Notes: generated from the sequence alone by a model not told the origin. Counted from the first letter of the stretch, positions 9,481 to 17,593 are shown. The stretch is DNA of 47,194 bases from a virus (IMGVR_UViG_3300032212_000694:1-47194); one strand, 5' to 3'. A program made the numbers and translations.

Positions 9481-9682
9481 TCATATCGTCACTTCCTTCA
9501 GCTCTTCGCTGCACACTTTAATATTCCCATCTTCATCAGGGTCAAGTATCGCTAATGCTTCCAATGATGAAACAACTAAATCAGAGGGAATATCTGCTTT
9601 ATGGCATGTTCCATCTTCAAGCTTTACTATTACGACTGATTTTTTCAACTGGCAATTTTATATTTATTGGTTTTGTTTTCAC
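9481..9682 (-). pseudogene. Small phage gene interrupted by a frameshift in an A6 run (pseudogene or sequencing error)
   Basis: MKTKPINIKLPVEK joins SVVIVKLEDGTCHKADIP...KEVTI if one base of run 9640-9645 is removed; start overlaps the dut stop. Confidence 0.4.
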
Positions 9683-10221
9683 TTCCCTGTACTCCCAAAC
9701 CCACCAGTGCGCTCATCTTCACTTTCAATATCAAACAAATGGGCTTTGTGTTCAAGTAGTGTGATTTGGGCTATTTTATCACCAGATTTAATACTATACT
9801 CTCTTAATTCAAGTGCCCCTAGTAGTTCAGTTGAGCCATCTTGATAATCAATACTTGAAGTGATAGGATTATGAATTATCATCATAATTTCATCTTTGTA
9901 ATCCAAGTCAATAACGCCAACCCCATTTGGAAGAACAAGACCTTTTTTACCAAGTGAACTTCTTAACATTAGTTGGAGATAGTGAGAACTTTTAAAAGCT
10001 TCAAATGGTTCTTGACCTTCTGGCAATATAATGAAGGCAAAGTTTTCTTTATGATATTCATCAAAACTAGCAAATTTAGTTAAATCAATCTTAACCCCAA
10101 GTGGAACTAAAGCTGTCTCACCAGCACCCATTGTTACATCTTTTCTTGCATATAAATCAACACATGCAGAATATTTACTGCCTTTTGTTGGTGTACATAC
10201 TTCATCTAAAATTTTAAACAT
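9679..10221 (-). CDS. dut: Trimeric dUTPase
   Basis: Motifs SACVDL, RSSLG, GVIDLDY, GDKIAQ and RTGGFGSTG. Confidence 0.93.
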   Translation of the reverse strand: MFKILDEVCTPTKGSKYSACVDLYARKDVTMGAGETALVPLGVKIDLTKFASFDEYHKENFAFIILPEGQEPFEAFKSSHYLQLMLRSSLGKKGLVLPNGVGVIDLDYKDEIMMIIHNPITSSIDYQDGSTELLGALELREYSIKSGDKIAQITLLEHKAHLFDIESEDERTGGFGSTGK

Positions 10222-10222
10222 T

Positions 10223-10921
10223 TTAAACCTTTTTCAACTTCATAATATTCCTAGAAGCCTCATTAATTAAATATAGAGTATTAATTAAACCCTCGTTGGG
10301 CTTTTCAAAACTGTAATCCATGTCATCTGCAAAATTAACCACTTCACATTCATTTAACAAATTAAAAGCTTCTTGTACATATGACAACATCTTCACATCT
10401 TCTAAAAAATCGTTTAAATCACTAAATAATTGATGATGTTTTTCTCCTGGATCTGTTTCATAATACTTGTTTTCAAAATATTCTTGAAGCCCTCTGAAAT
10501 CTAAATCTTTAATCTCATCTTGGATTTTAACCATTTCATCTTCGCTGAATAAATCAAAATGCTTTTCACTTTCAATAAAATCATATTTAACCTCACTGGC
10601 TACAACTACTTTAATATGTTCAGCATCATATTGTTTTTCTTTACAGTTAACTGAAAGCTTAGAGTGTATGTAATAATCAACATCATCACCAGCTAAAAAG
10701 TCCATACCTCTACCATAAACATTAAACGTCAATTCGCCAATATCTCCAACTATACTTATTCCCATTGGTAAAATAGCGATGTTGAATGCGTAAGAGTTGC
10801 TATCAGGTTGTGAACACTTCCATACCTCACAACCATTACCCTCAGTTAGAAGAGTATATTCATGACTATCTAATGTCTTTTTCGCTTCTTCTCGTCTTTG
10901 CTCTCTTTCTTCTTTACTCAT
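10223..10921 (-). CDS. Hypothetical phage protein (acidic)
   Basis: 232-aa ORF with GGAGG RBS, tightly packed in the early-left operon. Confidence 0.75.
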   Translation of the reverse strand: MSKEEREQRREEAKKTLDSHEYTLLTEGNGCEVWKCSQPDSNSYAFNIAILPMGISIVGDIGELTFNVYGRGMDFLAGDDVDYYIHSKLSVNCKEKQYDAEHIKVVVASEVKYDFIESEKHFDLFSEDEMVKIQDEIKDLDFRGLQEYFENKYYETDPGEKHHQLFSDLNDFLEDVKMLSYVQEAFNLLNECEVVNFADDMDYSFEKPNEGLINTLYLINEASRNIMKLKKV

Positions 10922-10924
10922 TTC

Positions 10925-11056
10925 TTAATCCTCCAAATACATAAACTCTTTTAGCTCTTCAAGCGACTTAGGTTCTCTTTTATAAACTTCAATAAATTCA
11001 GTGCATTTTTTAAATGCTAGTTCTTGCTCATCTGCTCTAAGTTTTATTTTAATCAT
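10925..11056 (-). CDS. Small hypothetical protein (43 aa)
   Basis: MIKIKLRADEQELAF...MYLED; fills the gap and overlaps the upstream stop. Confidence 0.5.
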   Translation of the reverse strand: MIKIKLRADEQELAFKKCTEFIEVYKREPKSLEELKEFMYLED

Positions 11057-11213
11057 ACTTATCTACCCACATTTTGCAAGCTTGCTCTTTACTAACATTT
11101 AACCGTTCATGAGAACCGTTTAGAGCATTTAGTGCTGTTGTCTTTTCAGCTCTTGCTAGGCTTGAAAAATCTCTTGATGCTTTTCGCATAATTATTTTGA
11201 TTTTATCTATCAT
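11049..11213 (-). CDS. Small hypothetical protein (54 aa)
   Basis: MIDKIKIIMRKASRDF...VDKYD; starts right after the parB stop with GAGGAG RBS. Confidence 0.55.
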   Translation of the reverse strand: MIDKIKIIMRKASRDFSSLARAEKTTALNALNGSHERLNVSKEQACKMWVDKYD

Positions 11214-11996
11214 CTATATCTCCTCAATAGTAATTTTATATTGCTGGTTTGCTTTTAATGGCAGTTGATCATCATCTATTATTAGAATGCATAGAAGTTC
11301 TGATTTTTCATTAATGAAATCTGCTGTTCTTATTATTGTTTTTTCTTTTTTCGCTGGCGCAATTTTTCTTTTTTGAGCTTTTCGTATCTCTTCACGTTTT
11401 GCTTTGGTTTTATAAAGCTTTTTTTGTTTTGCTTTATCTTCAACTTTACTTAACTCTTGCATGACCTCTAAACCCACATTGTCGTTGCTTTTTGCTATGT
11501 CTGTTTTGATTTCATCGTCTAAGTTTAAGATTGAGAAAACTTTACTTACATAACTTGGCGGTTTGCTTATGGCTTTGGCTAGGTCTTGCTTTTTAGTGTA
11601 GTTGCCACTTTCCCAAAGTTTTATGATGGCTTGGGCAGTTTCGAAGTCTGTTAAGTCCTCACGTTGAATGTTTTCTATTAGTGAGAGTTCTTGTACTTTT
11701 TGGTCGTTTACTTCTAAGACGTGAGCGCGGATAGTTTTTTTCTTAGCGTGGTGATGCGCTCGCCATCTACGCTCACCTGCAATGATCATATAGCCTTTTG
11801 GTGTTTTAACTACTACTACAGGTTGCATTAGCCCATGTTTTACAATATCTTCTGCCAGTTCCTCGATGTTGTTAAATTCTTTTCTTGGCTGGTCTGGGTT
11901 TGGATAGATTTTATCTAGTTCAATCTCAGAGAATGGACTTGTACCGCTGGTTTTTGTTTTGTTTTTAGTGGCGTTATTTATTGCATTTAAATCCAT
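11214..11996 (-). CDS. parB: ParB/Spo0J-family partition protein
   Basis: PNPDQPRKEF, GLMQPV, IIAGERRWRA and ENIQREDL motifs plus HTH; likely start ATG 11996 after AAGGAG. Confidence 0.92.
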   Translation of the reverse strand: MDLNAINNATKNKTKTSGTSPFSEIELDKIYPNPDQPRKEFNNIEELAEDIVKHGLMQPVVVVKTPKGYMIIAGERRWRAHHHAKKKTIRAHVLEVNDQKVQELSLIENIQREDLTDFETAQAIIKLWESGNYTKKQDLAKAISKPPSYVSKVFSILNLDDEIKTDIAKSNDNVGLEVMQELSKVEDKAKQKKLYKTKAKREEIRKAQKRKIAPAKKEKTIIRTADFINEKSELLCILIIDDDQLPLKANQQYKITIEEI

Positions 11997-12018
11997 GTTT
12001 CTCCTTGAGTTTAAATTC

Positions 12019-12819
12019 TTAGATTTTGCAAAAACAATCTTTAAGTGGTTCATCTGAAAAATCAAATAAGCTACCTTGCTTTTCTACTTTAATAAATAGC
12101 TTTTCCATATCTTCACACGTTCTGTAACCTGTAAACCAGTGTTTATTCTTGACTTTCATACCCAAACACTCATATTGATTTAACCTTTTTTCTATCCATT
12201 TCATAAACTCCCAAGTTGCTTGGAAGTTTTTCCAAACTTCGTACCAAGCTTTATCACTTTGTGCGGGGCATACTCCGCAACCTGTTCTCGTAAAAAAGTT
12301 ATATAGAGGGTTTTGCATTTCTTGGGTTATTAAATATTCTTGACAGTCACGCTCACTCATTTTGAAAAAATCAATTAGAGGGTATACAAGGCTGTCTTTT
12401 TGACTTTTTCTCGATAGTTCGTCAGTGGTAAATCCTATATAAGTTGTGTATTTTTCGTCTCCTATTAGTTCTTTAACTAGCTTCTCGAAAGGTTTTAACT
12501 TAGATTCTCTACGCCAAAAACAAGGCTCTGCCCATACTGTAGGAATACCTCTAATGTAACCATTTAAGATTGCATTTTCATCTTTAATAGTGCCAAAACA
12601 CCACTCTTCAAAAGTTGTATTTGGCTTGGTAGTAATAACATCTATCTTATATCTTTCTTTGAAATAACTAACTACTTTTTGTTTGTAGTCGTACATCATT
12701 GGAAGTTCTAAAAGAGTGTCATTGAAAATTATGTAATCAACTGGATAATCATTTTTTAAAAGCAAGTCATTCATGACAGTGCTGTCTTTGCCGAAGCTTA
12801 TTGTTGAGATGTATTTCAT
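12019..12819 (-). CDS. PAPS-reductase-like (PP-loop adenine nucleotide alpha-hydrolase) protein
   Basis: SFGKDS PP-loop, DTxxE.P, YPL and RTGCGVCP motifs. Confidence 0.85.
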   Translation of the reverse strand: MKYISTISFGKDSTVMNDLLLKNDYPVDYIIFNDTLLELPMMYDYKQKVVSYFKERYKIDVITTKPNTTFEEWCFGTIKDENAILNGYIRGIPTVWAEPCFWRRESKLKPFEKLVKELIGDEKYTTYIGFTTDELSRKSQKDSLVYPLIDFFKMSERDCQEYLITQEMQNPLYNFFTRTGCGVCPAQSDKAWYEVWKNFQATWEFMKWIEKRLNQYECLGMKVKNKHWFTGYRTCEDMEKLFIKVEKQGSLFDFSDEPLKDCFCKI

Positions 12820-13433
12820 TACGTCACATTAAGTAGTTCATCACACAACGCTAAAATCTCACCTTGCGCTACTTCATCTTTCACATCAAGCACTGACTTT
12901 CCATTTCCTAAGCTCTCTTTGTAAATTTTGCGGTTGCGGATGATGGAATTTAAGAGGTGAATGTTTTCACTTTCTCCAATTGCTTCTTTGATCTCGTCAA
13001 AGTTTTTTGTCAGAGGGTGAATGTTGTTTAATGCCACGTATACGAAAGGGTTGTCTATCTCTTTTAAGATTCCTTCGAATGTTTTGAAGCCTAGAACCTC
13101 AGTAACGCTGTTGGAAATTGGTACGACTATTTTATCTGACCAGCTAATGGCTGTTCGGTTAATGTCATTGTCAAAACCTCCTACATCTACTACTAAGTAG
13201 CCCTCATGATTTTCAAACAGTTCTATCAGCTCTTCCACGCTTTGAGGCTGAACAACGTCCATACCGCCTAATCCACTAGATACCCGTATGCGGTTAATAA
13301 AGTATAGAGTTTGTTGAAAGTCAAGGTCCACTATGGTTACTTCTTTACCTCGTTTTTTAAGCGCATGAGCCAAGTTCCAGCAAGTAGTAGACTTACCGAC
13401 TCCGCCTTTTGTGTGGGCTATTGTGATTATCAT
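12819..13433 (-). CDS. parA: ParA-family ATPase (short type without N-terminal HTH)
   Basis: KGGVGKST deviant Walker A, DLDFQ, VVDVGG. Confidence 0.92.
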   Translation of the reverse strand: MIITIAHTKGGVGKSTTCWNLAHALKKRGKEVTIVDLDFQQTLYFINRIRVSSGLGGMDVVQPQSVEELIELFENHEGYLVVDVGGFDNDINRTAISWSDKIVVPISNSVTEVLGFKTFEGILKEIDNPFVYVALNNIHPLTKNFDEIKEAIGESENIHLLNSIIRNRKIYKESLGNGKSVLDVKDEVAQGEILALCDELLNVT

Positions 13434-13441
13434 ATTTTTTC

Positions 13442-13615
13442 CTAAAAATTTTCTGGGTCGTTCATGGATTCTAATTTGTCCATATACTCTAATGCTTTAT
13501 CGCGTGTGTGACAGTATTGAATTAGTTTCATATTGTCTACTGTCTCGAACTCAAATACATACCAAAAGAGTTTATTTAGTGAACGAGATATTTTGTAGTT
13601 TTTTTGTGCTCTCAT
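13442..13615 (-). CDS. Small hypothetical protein (57 aa)
   Basis: MRAQKNYKISRSLNKLFWYVFEF...; in-operon orientation. Confidence 0.5.
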   Translation of the reverse strand: MRAQKNYKISRSLNKLFWYVFEFETVDNMKLIQYCHTRDKALEYMDKLESMNDPENF

Positions 13616-13617
13616 TT

Positions 13618-13761
13618 TTAACTTGCCTTTTCTTTGATTGGTACAAGAGACCTATTCTTTGGTACGTTTGCTTTAAACTTTTTACCTTTAAAGGTTGTAT
13701 ATACATTTGTTGGATGAGTATTAATTACTTTGTAGACTTTACATGTTTTTCTGTATGGCAT
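13618..13761 (-). CDS. Small basic hypothetical protein (47 aa)
   Basis: MPYRKTCKVYKV...; strong AAGGAG RBS. Confidence 0.55.
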   Translation of the reverse strand: MPYRKTCKVYKVINTHPTNVYTTFKGKKFKANVPKNRSLVPIKEKAS

Positions 13762-13791
13762 AGTTGACTCCTTTATTTAATTAATTACTGT

Positions 13792-13869
13792 TTACACTCA
13801 CGCAACCGCCGTAAAATGAGAATGGGTTATATTCATTTTAAGGGGTATACGGCGGTTGGGTGAATGTAA
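13792..13869 (-). ncRNA. Long-stem hairpin A (putative RNase III substrate / small RNA precursor)
   Basis: Arms UUACAUUCACCCAACCGCCGUA / UACGGCGGUUGCGUGAGUGUAA pair at 21 of 22 positions; arms are homologous to hairpin B. Confidence 0.55.
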
Positions 13870-14168
13870 TTTGTGTTATGAAGTTTGTAATTTAAAGGTA
13901 AAGCTCATGACTTCTTTACCTCAATGTAGGGTTGAATTTAATAACTTACCTACTGTTATAGTGGGAGTTTGAGTCCACACATCAAGAATTTCCATCTCTA
14001 CTCTATCTTCGCCTCTTAGATAGTTGCTACGCCCCTCTACCGAACTTTAAGAAAACACTATCTACAGCTTCCGATAAACCGCTAAGAATATCTAATTACT
14101 GCAGCCTCGTGAGTTCTCATTGCGTAATCTCCTGGCTTATGATTATTTATCCAAAAAATCAAATAAAT

Positions 14169-14582
14169 CTAGTTTCTGTTTTTTAATAACTCTCGGCTAC
14201 TGCCTGTAAAATCTATATCAGGAATAATTGTCTGTGGCTTAAAAACAACTTCATAATGATATGTACTAACATCTTTAGAGTGTAGTTGTTCTGCAAAATA
14301 AGTAACATTGTCTGAAAGACCTAAGAAATGTTTTTTGTACGCATCATTACCTGTTTTACAAGTTACTTCTAATTGATCACCTTGGTCATTAATAGAACAC
14401 TTTCCTTTTATCGTTAGAATATAATCACCATTTATTCCATTGTAAAAAATAATTCTCCTGTCTATCTCAAACATATCTGATTGTTTAGACAAATTGTGTG
14501 ATGCAATTTGTGCATCTCTTTCACATCCAGTAAAAATTAAAGTTGCGACAATTACAGCTAATGGTAAAAGTATTTTTTTCAT
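14169..14582 (-). CDS. Conserved phage lipoprotein
   Basis: Likely start ATG 14582; lipobox FTGC; RRIIFYNGI...KKHFLGLSDNVTYF matches a family I recognise as widespread in phages. Confidence 0.8.
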   Translation of the reverse strand: MKKILLPLAVIVATLIFTGCERDAQIASHNLSKQSDMFEIDRRIIFYNGINGDYILTIKGKCSINDQGDQLEVTCKTGNDAYKKHFLGLSDNVTYFAEQLHSKDVSTYHYEVVFKPQTIIPDIDFTGSSRELLKNRN

Positions 14583-14704
14583 TTTATATATCCTTATTAA
14601 TTGAGAAATTACTTTATTTAGAAGTTTCAAACTTTTCTATTTGTGATTGAAGCTCACTAGCTTCTTTTAGCGTTTTTCAGGTCATTTTTTTCCTTTATCT
14701 GAGT

Positions 14705-14791
14705 TTTGCACTCAATCAACCACCTAATAGAGCGAGACATAACCTTTGTTTTGGATTTTTAGTTGTGGTTAGGTAGTTGAGTGAATGTAAA
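14705..14791 (-). ncRNA. Long-stem hairpin B (putative RNase III substrate / small RNA precursor)
   Basis: Arms UUUACAUUCACUCAACUACCUAA / UUAGGUGGUUGAUUGAGUGCAAA pair at 21 of 23 positions. Confidence 0.55.
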
Positions 14792-14910
14792 TATGTGCAG
14801 TTTATGTCGGAGAGCACCTCTCCGCAGACCTACGATGAGGACTTGCGATTTTTAGCATTTGGTTAAACAAAACGTTTAAGCTTTAGAAGCTTTGTTTTGT
14901 TTGGATAGTC

Positions 14911-14964
14911 AAATGTTACCGCAACGGAAATAAAATGAAGCTTAAATTATTTCCAATATGGAAA
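14911..14964 (-). promoter_or_regulatory. pL promoter with operators OL1 (14916-14930) and OL2 (14950-14964)
   Basis: TT(A/T)CC-N5-GG(A/T)AA palindromes; minus strand TTTAAG...TAACAT; near mirror image of the pR region. Confidence 0.75.
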
Positions 14965-15002
14965 GTTATGATATGATTTTGAAAAAATTAAAGTTATTGA
15001 TT

Positions 15003-15965
15003 ATGAGAATGGGGACATTATTTACTGGAATTGGCTCGCCAGAACAAGCAGGAATGCGCGTATATGGAAGTGAATTTACTTCTGTTTTTGCATGCGAGTG
15101 GGATAATTTCGCCCGCGAAAGTTTTGAAGCTAACTATAATATTGCGACTGAGCATTTTCATAAAGATATTAATGATATGGATGGCAAACAGTATGCTCGT
15201 AAAGTTGATGTTATAGTGGGGGGGTCGCCTTGTCAATCATTTAGTATTGCTGGACTTAAAAAAGGACTTGCAGATAAAAGAGGGCAGTTAATATGGCAGT
15301 ATTACCGCATCATCAAAGAGGCAGAACCTGAAATATTTGTTTATGAGAATGTAAAAGGAATGAAGTCTGATGATAACGGTAAAACTTTAAAAAATTTTAT
15401 TGAAGTATTTAGAGAGCTTGGTTATCACTGCCATTATGATGTTCTTAACACCAAGGATTACGGAGTTCCACAAAATAGAGAACGTGTTTATATCGTTGGG
15501 TTTAAAGATGCTGATTTATATCACCGTTTTGCATTTGCTCCAAAAGTAGAACTTACTAAACGTCTTAAAGATGTACTTGAAGATGATGTTGATGAGAAGT
15601 ATTATTTGAGTGAAAAAGCAATGAGTTTTTATAAAAGCAATTCAGAAAAAAACAAGTTAGTTGGTAATGGTTTCAGATTTAGCCCTACAGATGGTAATAG
15701 CATTGCAAAAACACTTACTAATCCAGGTAAAAACAGAATGGAAGCTAATTATATAGCAGACAAAAATGGTATTCGCAAACCAACACCTCGTGAGTGCTTT
15801 ACACTTCAAGACTTTCCTAAAACTTTTAAAATAGTAGTTTCAGACTCACAAGCTTACAAACAAGCTGGTAATTCTATGAGTGTAAACATTTTAGAAATGA
15901 TTTTTATACAGATAGAGAAAGTAAAAAGTGCAGAGCCTATGGATACTCTTTTTGATTTTTTATAG
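15003..15965 (+). CDS. dcm: C5-cytosine DNA methyltransferase
   Basis: LFTGIG (motif I), GGSPCQSFS (IV), ENVKG (VI), PQNRERVY (VIII), YKQAGNS (X); start probably ATG 15003. Confidence 0.93.
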   Translation: MRMGTLFTGIGSPEQAGMRVYGSEFTSVFACEWDNFARESFEANYNIATEHFHKDINDMDGKQYARKVDVIVGGSPCQSFSIAGLKKGLADKRGQLIWQYYRIIKEAEPEIFVYENVKGMKSDDNGKTLKNFIEVFRELGYHCHYDVLNTKDYGVPQNRERVYIVGFKDADLYHRFAFAPKVELTKRLKDVLEDDVDEKYYLSEKAMSFYKSNSEKNKLVGNGFRFSPTDGNSIAKTLTNPGKNRMEANYIADKNGIRKPTPRECFTLQDFPKTFKIVVSDSQAYKQAGNSMSVNILEMIFIQIEKVKSAEPMDTLFDFL

Positions 15966-15980
15966 TGGTATAGTTAGATT

Positions 15981-16625
15981 TTAGCGTCCTACAAGCTTTA
16001 GTCTTGCTGCTCTGTTATTGAATTTGAATTTATTAATGGCCACTACTTTATGGATTTTAAGGTCATTAATTTCATCATCATCTAAGCGTACACTTCTTGT
16101 TTTAAAGTTTTCTGTTTGGTTGTATGGGATGAATTGTACTATGTTGATGTCTGTGTCATAAAACACAACTTTAACGGCACTTTCACCTAGAATAGAGTAG
16201 TTGACAATATCACCACTTACAGGTGCAATGGTAGGATCACAAATAATTTCATCACCATTTTCAATTTCTGGTGCCATGCTGTCACCGTTTGCAATGACAC
16301 AATACATTGATTTATTCCAGTCTTCACCGTTGTAGTAGCAGATTTTATTATCTTCTTGTGAGTGATTATCTTCTGTATTTCCACAGCTTGAAGTTCCGTA
16401 TACTGGCACTTTTTTAACTGGTTTTTGTTCATCATCTCTTAGAAAATAGCTTTCTGAAACTCCAAAAAAATCAGCTAATTTAGGAATTGCTTCAGTCGGA
16501 ATGGCACGTGTTCCATTAGTCCATCTGTTAATATTTACAGCAGTTTCATTAAGAGATTCAGACAAACGTGCTTGAGTACCTCTTCCATTTTCATCTATTA
16601 ATGCTTTTAATTTTTTACCTATCAT
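15981..16625 (-). CDS. cI: CI-like repressor (HTH plus S24 autopeptidase)
   Basis: N-terminal HTH; SCG cleavage site; GDSMAP catalytic Ser and downstream Lys; divergent from cro. Confidence 0.92.
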   Translation of the reverse strand: MIGKKLKALIDENGRGTQARLSESLNETAVNINRWTNGTRAIPTEAIPKLADFFGVSESYFLRDDEQKPVKKVPVYGTSSCGNTEDNHSQEDNKICYYNGEDWNKSMYCVIANGDSMAPEIENGDEIICDPTIAPVSGDIVNYSILGESAVKVVFYDTDINIVQFIPYNQTENFKTRSVRLDDDEINDLKIHKVVAINKFKFNNRAARLKLVGR

Positions 16626-16653
16626 TTAAGAAAACCTTTATTATAAATTTATT

Positions 16654-16720
16654 TTACCACAGCGGAAATGTCCTTAAAGGAAATGATTTAAGTTATCTTT
16701 TATTTCCTTTGAGGTAACAT
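16654..16720 (+). promoter_or_regulatory. OR operators (16654-16668, 16669-16683, 16703-16717) and pR promoter
   Basis: ttaccacagcggaaa, tgtccttaaaggaaa, tttcctttgaggtaa; TTTAAG...TAACAT(16715-16720). Confidence 0.75.
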
Positions 16721-16727
16721 TTGCGAT

Positions 16728-16913
16728 ATGAGAATAATTGATATAGAAAATACGACTGGATATTCTTCAGTAAATATAATTAGATGGCTATCACATGCAA
16801 GACCTATTAAGCTTGAGGTGGCTAGAGAAATAGCAAATAAAATAGCACTTCCAATTGAAATTTTTGAAGATACTGAGTTGCAAAAAAAACATCTCGGTAA
16901 ATCTTATTTATAA
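16728..16913 (+). CDS. cro: Cro-like HTH protein
   Basis: 61 aa with HTH pattern, divergent from cI. Confidence 0.75.
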   Translation: MRIIDIENTTGYSSVNIIRWLSHARPIKLEVAREIANKIALPIEIFEDTELQKKHLGKSYL

Positions 16914-16962
16914 GAAAGAATACAAAAAACATAGAAAATACTGAACTACAAGGGGATGGGTA

Positions 16963-17448
16963 ATGTACTTAGGAAAAAATACAAATGTAACAAAAGCAAT
17001 AAAAGATGCAATTGACAGATATATGTTGAAGAACGAGTTGGAACGTGTTGATGTTGCAATTACATTAGGAATCGTAAAAGGTACGCTTGATAACAAGTTA
17101 AAACTATCAATGCCAGTAAACTCTTTCACTGTTGAAGAAGTATTGAAACTATCAGAAGTGATGGATGATGATGCCATTTTAAAAGCTATGTGCAATGAGC
17201 GAGGTCTTACAGCATTTGACCCAATAGAAGCTATGGCAGATGGTGGCGACGTTGTAAGTGCATTAATGATGGGAATACTTGAAATTAATACACATGTTGG
17301 AAAACTTGCCACCTTAAGTAAAGATGCAGCAGAAGATGGAAAGATTGATGAAAATGAAGCTGAAGCAATCGGAAAAGTATTAAAAGTACTTAGAGCTGTA
17401 GAGAGAAAGTTAGAGCTTACACTTAAAAATGGAAAGGATGTTTTTTAA
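16963..17448 (+). CDS. cII: CII-like phage regulatory protein (P2-CII/YmfL type)
   Basis: GTLDNKL...FTVEEVLKLSEVMDDDAIL and DGKIDENE motifs; follows cro. Confidence 0.7.
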   Translation: MYLGKNTNVTKAIKDAIDRYMLKNELERVDVAITLGIVKGTLDNKLKLSMPVNSFTVEEVLKLSEVMDDDAILKAMCNERGLTAFDPIEAMADGGDVVSALMMGILEINTHVGKLATLSKDAAEDGKIDENEAEAIGKVLKVLRAVERKLELTLKNGKDVF

Positions 17449-17449
17449 A

Positions 17450-17593
17450 TTGAAAAATAGAAAGAAAATAGAAAAAGTTGCTAAAAAAATTTATAATTTA
17501 GCTAAAAAATATGAGTTAATGATTTATAGCAAAACAGTTTATGATGATAATGAGTTAAATATTACCATTAAAACAAAAGACAAAAAAAGTTAA
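17450..17593 (+). CDS. Small basic hypothetical protein (47 aa, TTG start)
   Basis: Open frame directly after cII with AAAGGA upstream. Confidence 0.4.
   Translation: MKNRKKIEKVAKKIYNLAKKYELMIYSKTVYDDNELNITIKTKDKKS

Noticed and set aside
11214-13433. Canonical parS (TGTTTCACGTGAAACA-like) near parAB
   Set aside because: No match found by eye; the site remains unidentified.
13940-13985. tRNA-like T-arm (gtgggagtttgagtccac)
   Set aside because: No cloverleaf could be built on either strand.
14614-14685. Stop-codon readthrough or recoding in ATG-ACC-TGA-AAA...
   Set aside because: A single tiny case; the other genes use standard stops, so a decayed ORF or minigene is more likely.
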